Source: Erysipelotrichaceae bacterium (GTDB lineage Bacteria > Bacillota_I > Bacilli_A > Erysipelotrichales > Coprobacillaceae). From it: a stretch of 32,000 nt of DNA. The stretch covers positions 3,459-35,458 of the forward strand of contig JAQVDW010000019.1 of the NCBI GenBank assembly GCA_028698185.1, given 5' to 3'. How positions within the stretch are numbered: position 1 is the stretch's first letter; each line of letters opens with the position of its first letter. Below the pieces are notes generated by a model. That model saw only the letters and a program-made list of their open reading frames with translations, did no database searches and had not been told where the DNA came from. Below are positions 26,132-32,000 of the stretch, one piece after another. The position numbers and the translations under genes were made by a program.

Positions 26132-28858
26132 ATGAATTATAAAGATACCCTGTTAATGCCAAAAACTGCCTTCGAAATGCGAGGCAATCTGCCTAAAAAG
26201 GAGCCTAACTACGTTAAGCGCTGGCAGGAAACCAAAATGTATGAGAAAGTGATTGCCCGGAACGAAGGCAATGAAAGCTTCATCTTCCATGATGGGCCGC
26301 CTTATGCCAACGGGAACCTTCATGCCGGGCACATGTTGAACAAAGTGCTCAAGGATGTGATCTGCCGTTACAACAACATGATCGGAAACTACACTCCGTT
26401 CATCCCGGGTTGGGACACGCATGGTCTTCCAATCGAAAATGCGATCCAGAAGCTAGGAGTCGACCGCAAGAAGATGCCGGTTGTCGAATTCCGTAAAAAA
26501 TGCGAGGAATATGCCTACCAACAAGTTGCCAACCAGATGGAACAACTTATCCGCATGGGGACTTTCGCCGATTATGAGCATCCTTATCTGACATTGATGA
26601 AGGAATACGAAGCCAACCAGATCGATGTATTTGGGAAAATGGCTTTGGATGGCCTTATCTTCAAAGGACTCAAACCGGTGTACTGGTCTCCTTCTTCCGA
26701 GTCGGCCCTGGCTGAAGCGGAAATCGAGTATCATGACATCAAGTCACCGACTATTTTCGTGAAATTTCCGGTCAAAGACGGAAAAGGAATCCTGAACAAT
26801 GATGTTTCGTTTGTCATCTGGACGACAACTCCTTGGACGATTCCGGCCAACCTGGGAATCTGTCTCAATCCGGTTATGGTCTACGCCGTTGTCAAAACAC
26901 CTAAAGGCAAACTGCTTGTTTTGGAACAGCTGGTCGCTTCTTTGATGGAGAAATTCGGAATCGAGGAGTACGGCATCGAGGCTGTATATCAAGGTAAACA
27001 GCTTGAATACATCACTTGCGCCCATCCGCTCTATGACCGTGAATCGCTTGTCATCCTCGGGGACCACGTAACCGAAGAAGCCGGTACGGGATGTGTCCAT
27101 ACCGCTCCTGGATTCGGGGCCGACGACTTCATCGTGGGTCAAAAATACGGTTTGGAAACATTGTGCAACGTCGATGCCCACGGCAAGATGATGGCCAGCG
27201 CCGGTGCCTGGCTGGAAGGTCAGTATGTGGATGACGCCAACAAGACAGTCACTCAAAGACTAGACGAACTTGGGGTACTGCTGAAACTGGAATTCATCAA
27301 GCACAGCTACCCACATGACTGGCGTACAAAAAAACCGATCATCTTCAGAGCTACCGACCAATGGTTCTGCTCACTTGACAAGATCCGCACCAAACTTCTT
27401 GATGAGATCGCCAAAGTCAACTGGCTTAACGAGTGGGGACAAATCCGGATCCACAACATGATCAGGGACCGTGGTGACTGGTGCATTTCCCGCCAACGTT
27501 CATGGGGTGTGCCGATCCCGATCATCTACTGCGAAGATGGAACTCCGATCATGGAAGAAGCGGTGTTCAACCATATTTCAAAACTATTCCGGGAAAATGG
27601 ATCCAATATCTGGTTTGAAAAGGATGAAAAATTCCTGCTGCCGGAAGGTTATGTGAATGAACATTCACCTAACGGGGAATTCAAGAAGGAGACCGACATC
27701 ATGGATGTCTGGTTTGATTCCGGTTCGTCACATACCGGTGTCATCAAGGAAAGAGGATACTGCTATCCGGTTGATCTTTATTTCGAAGGTTCCGACCAGT
27801 ACCGCGGTTGGTTCAACTCTTCATTGATCATCGGTACCGCGGCCCACAATCAGGCTCCTTACAAGACCGTTCTCTCGCATGGATTCGTCCTTGATGGAAA
27901 AGGCAACAAGATGTCAAAATCGCTTGGCAATACGGTCGATCCGATGAAACTGATGAACCAGTACGGTGCCGATATCGTCCGTCTGTGGGCGACAAGCGTT
28001 GCCTACACCCAGGATGTCCGCATCTCGGATGACATCATCAAACAGGTTGCTGAATCATACAGAAAAATCCGCAACACGATGCGTTTCGTTCTTGGAAATA
28101 TCGATGATTTCAAAGAAAGCGACCTGATTCCGGTTGAAAAACTCAGCCAGGTTGACAAGTATATGCTCTCAAAACTTAACGATCTGATCAAGAATTACCA
28201 TGAGGCTTTCAAGAACTATGATTTTGCCGAAGCCAACCATGAAATTCTCAACTATTTCACCAACACGCTTTCTTCATTCTATATGGATTTCACCAAGGAT
28301 ATCCTATATCTTGAAAAAGCCGACAGCTTGCGCCGGCGTCAGGTTCAGACGGTGCTTTACCACCATGGCAAAGTTCTAATGAAGCTGCTTTCACCGACTC
28401 TAGTCTTCACGGCCGAAGAACTCCATGACCATTTCAACTGCGATGGCGAAAAAGCGGAATCTGTCTTCCTGGAAGCAATGCCGGAATCATTCGTGATTGA
28501 AGACGAAGCCAAGCTGCAGGAATTCTTTGACAAGTTCCTTGATGTCCGCAAGGATGTGCTTAAAGCGCTGGAAAACCTGCGCAATGAAAAAGTCATCAAA
28601 TCGAACATGGAAGCCAAAGTCTACCTGAGTCTGAAAGATGGATATGCCCAAATCGGGGAAATGGCCGATTTGAAACAGCTTTTCATAGTAGCCAAGGTGG
28701 AAATCACCGATGCGACAGACTATGAAGAGTTTGACAGCGCCTTTGTCAAGGTTGAAAAATTCCAAGGACATCAATGTCCACGCTGCTGGAACTACTTCGA
28801 CCAGGACGAACTAGAAGGGGAACTTTGTGTCCGCTGCCATAGCGTTGTAAGCGAATAA
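26132..28858 (+). CDS. ileS: Isoleucine--tRNA ligase
   Basis: 908 aa. PPYANGNLHAGH (HIGH), KMSKS, and a C-terminal zinc-finger CPRCW...CVRC. Confidence 0.97.
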   Translation: MNYKDTLLMPKTAFEMRGNLPKKEPNYVKRWQETKMYEKVIARNEGNESFIFHDGPPYANGNLHAGHMLNKVLKDVICRYNNMIGNYTPFIPGWDTHGLPIENAIQKLGVDRKKMPVVEFRKKCEEYAYQQVANQMEQLIRMGTFADYEHPYLTLMKEYEANQIDVFGKMALDGLIFKGLKPVYWSPSSESALAEAEIEYHDIKSPTIFVKFPVKDGKGILNNDVSFVIWTTTPWTIPANLGICLNPVMVYAVVKTPKGKLLVLEQLVASLMEKFGIEEYGIEAVYQGKQLEYITCAHPLYDRESLVILGDHVTEEAGTGCVHTAPGFGADDFIVGQKYGLETLCNVDAHGKMMASAGAWLEGQYVDDANKTVTQRLDELGVLLKLEFIKHSYPHDWRTKKPIIFRATDQWFCSLDKIRTKLLDEIAKVNWLNEWGQIRIHNMIRDRGDWCISRQRSWGVPIPIIYCEDGTPIMEEAVFNHISKLFRENGSNIWFEKDEKFLLPEGYVNEHSPNGEFKKETDIMDVWFDSGSSHTGVIKERGYCYPVDLYFEGSDQYRGWFNSSLIIGTAAHNQAPYKTVLSHGFVLDGKGNKMSKSLGNTVDPMKLMNQYGADIVRLWATSVAYTQDVRISDDIIKQVAESYRKIRNTMRFVLGNIDDFKESDLIPVEKLSQVDKYMLSKLNDLIKNYHEAFKNYDFAEANHEILNYFTNTLSSFYMDFTKDILYLEKADSLRRRQVQTVLYHHGKVLMKLLSPTLVFTAEELHDHFNCDGEKAESVFLEAMPESFVIEDEAKLQEFFDKFLDVRKDVLKALENLRNEKVIKSNMEAKVYLSLKDGYAQIGEMADLKQLFIVAKVEITDATDYEEFDSAFVKVEKFQGHQCPRCWNYFDQDELEGELCVRCHSVVSE

Positions 28859-28864
28859 TAATTG

Positions 28865-28916
28865 AAAGGGGCGTAACGCCGGGGGTTTTCACCCTTAGGA
28901 GTTACGCCCCTTTTTT
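28865..28916. terminator. Strong hairpin terminator after ileS (may also serve the convergent minus-strand gene)
   Basis: AAAGGGGCGTAAC (28865-28877) pairs with GTTACGCCCCTTT (28901-28913), followed by a T run on the plus strand. Confidence 0.8.
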
Positions 28917-28952
28917 ACTGAAACCGACCATAATGACGGTTGTCTCTGTCTT

Positions 28953-29174
28953 TTATCTGCGCTCGCCACGATACAGATCATAGTAATATAACTGGATTTC
29001 GCCGAGTTGCTTTTTAAAGTGGTCGCTGGCATCATCGAGCGCCTGATTGTAGATGTCATCGCCTATTAGCTCGATAAAATAGTCCAAAAGCGTTTCGGCT
29101 TTGATAAGTCCGATATCCTCGTTGAAGTTCTCCTGATAAAAATGCAGGATCTGTCTTATTTTCCCGTTAGCCAC
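28953..29174 (-). CDS. DUF2164-like small protein (start uncertain; see the homopolymer finding)
   Basis: 73 aa (track ORF, GTG start). ..IRQILHFYQENFNEDIGLIKAETLLDYFIELIGDDIYNQALDDA.. resembles the DUF2164 family pattern as I recall it. An SD plus ATG lies just upstream but out of frame. Confidence 0.6.
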   Translation of the reverse strand: MANGKIRQILHFYQENFNEDIGLIKAETLLDYFIELIGDDIYNQALDDASDHFKKQLGEIQLYYYDLYRGERR

Positions 29175-29363
29175 TTTTTTTTAATTTCATTTTTTTCTCC
29201 TTGTCGATGTTTACATTGTAGCCTATTTCAAGCCAATAGACAAATCGATGTTTAACCCGATCCGATAATGGTGGTAAAAGTACCATAACTTAATGCGGGA
29301 TTGAGGCTGTTTTTATGACCAAGCTTTACCTTGTGCGTTTCACCGCCTTTTTTTACACTAAGT

Positions 29364-29392
29364 TTGACCAGAATAGATGGCGAGTGTATAAT
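29364..29392 (+). promoter_or_regulatory. Promoter of the ABC transporter operon
   Basis: TTGACC (29364-29369), 17-nt spacer, TATAAT (29387-29392). Confidence 0.6.
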
Positions 29393-29429
29393 TAAGCTAT
29401 ATAAGGGTACAATTACAAGGAGACTCGTT

Positions 29430-30254
29430 ATGATAGAAATCAATAATTTGACCAAAAAGTTCGGGGATTTCAAAGCAGTTGACAATATTTCCCTGGATAT
29501 CAAAAAAGGCAGGATATATGGTTTTGTCGGCAAGAACGGAGCCGGTAAATCGACTACGATGAGAGTGATGATGAACATGCTCATGCCAAGTTCGGGAAGT
29601 GTCCGCATCAACAATCTCGATGCGGTTGAAGATTCCAAAAGAATCAAGGAGTTTACCAGCTACATGCCTAGCGACATCACTTACTATGACAATCTCAAGG
29701 TGTCCAAATTCTTCGAGTTCAACCTGGAGTTCTCAGCCAGGACAAAAGATGACATGGCTGATCTGGCCAAGTATTTCGAGCTGGACCTCAACAAGAAGAT
29801 TGCGGAATTGTCGCTTGGCAACAAGAAGAAGGTGTCGATAATTGCCATGCTGCTCAAGGGCGGTGATGTCCTTATCCTCGATGAACCGACAAGCGGGCTT
29901 GACCCGTTGATGCAAAAGAAGTTCTTCGATCTGATCCTCAGGGAAAAAGAGGCGGGAGTGACGGTTTTCCTCTCGTCGCACAATCTCCTGGAAATCGAGA
30001 GGTACTGCGACGAAGTTGCCATCATCAAGGACGGCAAGATTGTCGAAATTGTCGATCTTGACAAGGTATCGATCAAACACCAGCAGGTGGTCGAATACAA
30101 GATCAAGGACGGCCGGGAAGTGCGCCGCGACGTCGTGGGCGACATCAACGAACTTGTCTTGGAGTTGTCGCTCCTGGATCTGGAATATCTGGAAATAAAA
30201 AACAAGAGTGTCGAATCCGAGTTTATCGGTTTTTATGAAGGCAAGGGTGAATGA
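29430..30254 (+). CDS. ABC transporter ATP-binding protein
   Basis: Start moved to the ATG at 29430 (AAGGAG at 29417-29422). Walker A GKNGAGKST, signature LSLGNKKK, Walker B VLILDEPTSGLD, H-loop SSHNL. Confidence 0.9.
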   Translation: MIEINNLTKKFGDFKAVDNISLDIKKGRIYGFVGKNGAGKSTTMRVMMNMLMPSSGSVRINNLDAVEDSKRIKEFTSYMPSDITYYDNLKVSKFFEFNLEFSARTKDDMADLAKYFELDLNKKIAELSLGNKKKVSIIAMLLKGGDVLILDEPTSGLDPLMQKKFFDLILREKEAGVTVFLSSHNLLEIERYCDEVAIIKDGKIVEIVDLDKVSIKHQQVVEYKIKDGREVRRDVVGDINELVLELSLLDLEYLEIKNKSVESEFIGFYEGKGE

Positions 30255-30255
30255 T

Positions 30256-31056
30256 ATGGCAACAAATGTGATCAAATTGACAAAGTTCCAGCTCAACAAC
30301 CGCAAGAGTTACATCCTGGGCTGGGCAATCGGGGTGTTTGCGATGATGTTTTTGTACATGATCCTTTTCGAATCGATGAAGGATCTTGGCCAGGCTAAAT
30401 TCGACGCAATGCCCAAAGAGATACTCGAATTCATGGGTGTGGAATCGATGGCGGTGATGACTAACTGGATTTCCTATTACGGGATGATCTTCAGCCTGTT
30501 CACCCTGGTTGTTTCATTTTTTGGAGCAACCTTCGCAGGCAGCTTGCTCTACAATGAGGAAAAGACAAAATCGATTGAATTCCTCAATGCTTTGCCGGTA
30601 TCGCGCCTCGAGATATTCTTCTCCAAGATACTTACCAGCTTCGTGGCGGTGGTGATAGTCTCCCTGGCTATGGATTCATCGGCTTTGATTTGCGGGTTGC
30701 TCAACGGGGGGCCCACATTCGTGGCAACCGATGCCTTGACCATCATGAAGATCACCGGATTTGTGCCGTTTTTCTTCACAGCGATAGCGTTGTTTGTCGG
30801 CGGGTTGACCGCCCGGGTGGCAACCGGCCTGGTGGCCAGCGGTGCCGTTATAACCTTCTACATGCTGGGATATCTTGGCAGCTTGCTGGAAAACGACATA
30901 ATGACCAATGTCTCGCCGTTCAAGGTTTTCGAAGCGGCCAACGCCCTTAATCTTAGCGGCGATGTATTCATGCTGTTTGGCGTATTCCTCGTCACGATGT
31001 TCACCATCGTTTTTCTGGGTGGTTTTGTCTACAACAAGCGCGATTTCAATATCTGA
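30256..31056 (+). CDS. ABC-2-type transporter permease
   Basis: Start at ATG 30256, 1 nt after the ATPase TGA. About 266 aa with roughly 6 hydrophobic segments. Coupled to the ATPase gene. Confidence 0.75.
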   Translation: MATNVIKLTKFQLNNRKSYILGWAIGVFAMMFLYMILFESMKDLGQAKFDAMPKEILEFMGVESMAVMTNWISYYGMIFSLFTLVVSFFGATFAGSLLYNEEKTKSIEFLNALPVSRLEIFFSKILTSFVAVVIVSLAMDSSALICGLLNGGPTFVATDALTIMKITGFVPFFFTAIALFVGGLTARVATGLVASGAVITFYMLGYLGSLLENDIMTNVSPFKVFEAANALNLSGDVFMLFGVFLVTMFTIVFLGGFVYNKRDFNI

Positions 31057-31082
31057 TCAGGGCCCGGCCCTGATTTTTTTTT
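31057..31082 (+). terminator. Rho-independent terminator after the ABC-2 permease
   Basis: TCAGGGC-ccg-GCCCTGA followed by T9. Confidence 0.85.
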
Positions 31083-31132
31083 GTTTATGTTAGCCCTTGG
31101 ATGTGGTAAAATTGACACGTAGGAGTGATTTA

Positions 31133-32000
31133 ATGAGAATTTTCAAGCACAAAGCAGAAATGCTTTTGATCATGGCGGCTTTTATCTGGGGAAGTTCCTT
31201 CGTAATCATGAAGGAATCGCTTTCCAGCCTGTCGACCGGGGTCCTTCTGGCGATCCGTTTCCTGGTGGCCAGCGGGGTCATATATTTGCTTTTCCACCGG
31301 AAACTTACGGGTCTGGATTTTCCCAAAATCGTCAGGGGTTCACTGACAGGGGTTTTGTTGTTTGGCGCCTATCTGGTCCAAACCCTGGGCCTGGCTACGA
31401 CAACTTCGGCCAAGAACGCTTTTTTGACGGCTGTATATGTCGCTTTTTTGCCTTTTCTTCACTGGCTGGTGTACTCCAAGAAGCCGGATGGCTACAACTT
31501 CCTCGCGGCGGCCATGTGCCTTGCCGGGGTCGGGCTGATCAGCCTGACTGGATCCTTGACCATCGAGATCGGCGACGGTCTTTCTATTCTGGCAGGATTT
31601 TTCTTCGCCTGCCATATTCTGGCAATCAGCTGGTTTTCCAAGGATGTCAATCCCTACGAGCTGGCTTTTGTTTCCTTTTTGACAACCTCCTTTCTGGCGG
31701 CTATCTATGCCAGCCTGTTTGAAGGCTGGGGAAGTCTGGCGAACATTGATATTAAGGTAGCTGCCGTGTTGGGCTATCTGGCGGTTTTTTGCAGCGCCCT
31801 GGCTTTACTTTTCCAGAATATCGGCCTGGAAGGGACGGATTCTTTGACCGGCAGTCTCTTGCTGTCGCTTGAGAGTGTCTTCAGTGTATTTTTCTCGATA
31901 TTCTATGGCGAAGAGGTGACTTTGCGGATGGTCGTGGGATTCGTTGCAATATTTTGCGCCATTGTCGTCTCGACGACAAAACTCAAGTTTCAAAAATCGG
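31133..32000 (+). CDS. EamA/DMT-family transporter (C-terminus beyond the window)
   Basis: My translation from ATG 31133 (AGGAG at 31121-31125) gives MRIFKHKAEMLLIMAAFIWGSSFVIMKESL...LVQTLGLATTTSAKNAFLTAVYV...LLFQNIGLEG... with no stop up to 32000. This fits the duplicated EamA-domain pattern. It is not in the ORF track because it is open-ended. Confidence 0.8.
   Translation, partial: MRIFKHKAEMLLIMAAFIWGSSFVIMKESLSSLSTGVLLAIRFLVASGVIYLLFHRKLTGLDFPKIVRGSLTGVLLFGAYLVQTLGLATTTSAKNAFLTAVYVAFLPFLHWLVYSKKPDGYNFLAAAMCLAGVGLISLTGSLTIEIGDGLSILAGFFFACHILAISWFSKDVNPYELAFVSFLTTSFLAAIYASLFEGWGSLANIDIKVAAVLGYLAVFCSALALLFQNIGLEGTDSLTGSLLLSLESVFSVFFSIFYGEEVTLRMVVGFVAIFCAIVVSTTKLKFQKS

Noticed and set aside
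1-32000. Mobile elements, CRISPR arrays, tRNA/rRNA genes, defence or toxin-antitoxin modules
   Set aside because: I saw no transposase, integrase or recombinase-like ORF, no regularly spaced direct repeats and no cloverleaf-capable spacer. All sizeable ORFs are accounted for by housekeeping functions.

Overview
The window looks like a core chromosomal segment of a Gram-positive (Bacillota-like) bacterium using the standard genetic code, because TGA, TAA and TAG all act as stops. Order, left to right: panC (partial) and panB on the minus strand; metE with a convergent LysR-type regulator; a long spacer holding an unexplained hairpin-dense island; an M18 aminopeptidase; a T-box(Trp)-controlled, translationally coupled trpE-G-D-C-(F~B fused)-A operon that runs into a ytqB/mnmM-type methyltransferase; and a stand-alone HPr-like gene with Tyr at position 15. 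Next comes a compact division/cell-wall cluster, mraY-murD-murG-murB-divIB. It is interrupted by an antisense cassette of cobalamin riboswitch plus small ECF S-component-like membrane protein, then continues with ftsA-ftsZ-proC, three tandem SepF paralogs, ylmH and a divIVA-domain gene. The window ends with T-box(Ile)-ileS, a DUF2164-like small gene, an ABC-2 transporter pair and a partial EamA/DMT transporter. I found no rRNA, tRNA, CRISPR array, transposase or integrase. The points most worth a second look are the tandem SepF triplication (one copy lacks the membrane-anchor region), the B12 riboswitch cassette inside the dcw cluster, the unassigned structured island at about 4985-5216, the in-frame TrpF-TrpB fusion that keeps an internal SD, and the His15-less HPr paralog. 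All calls rest on reading the sequence and ORF translations by eye; no database or covariance-model search was run.
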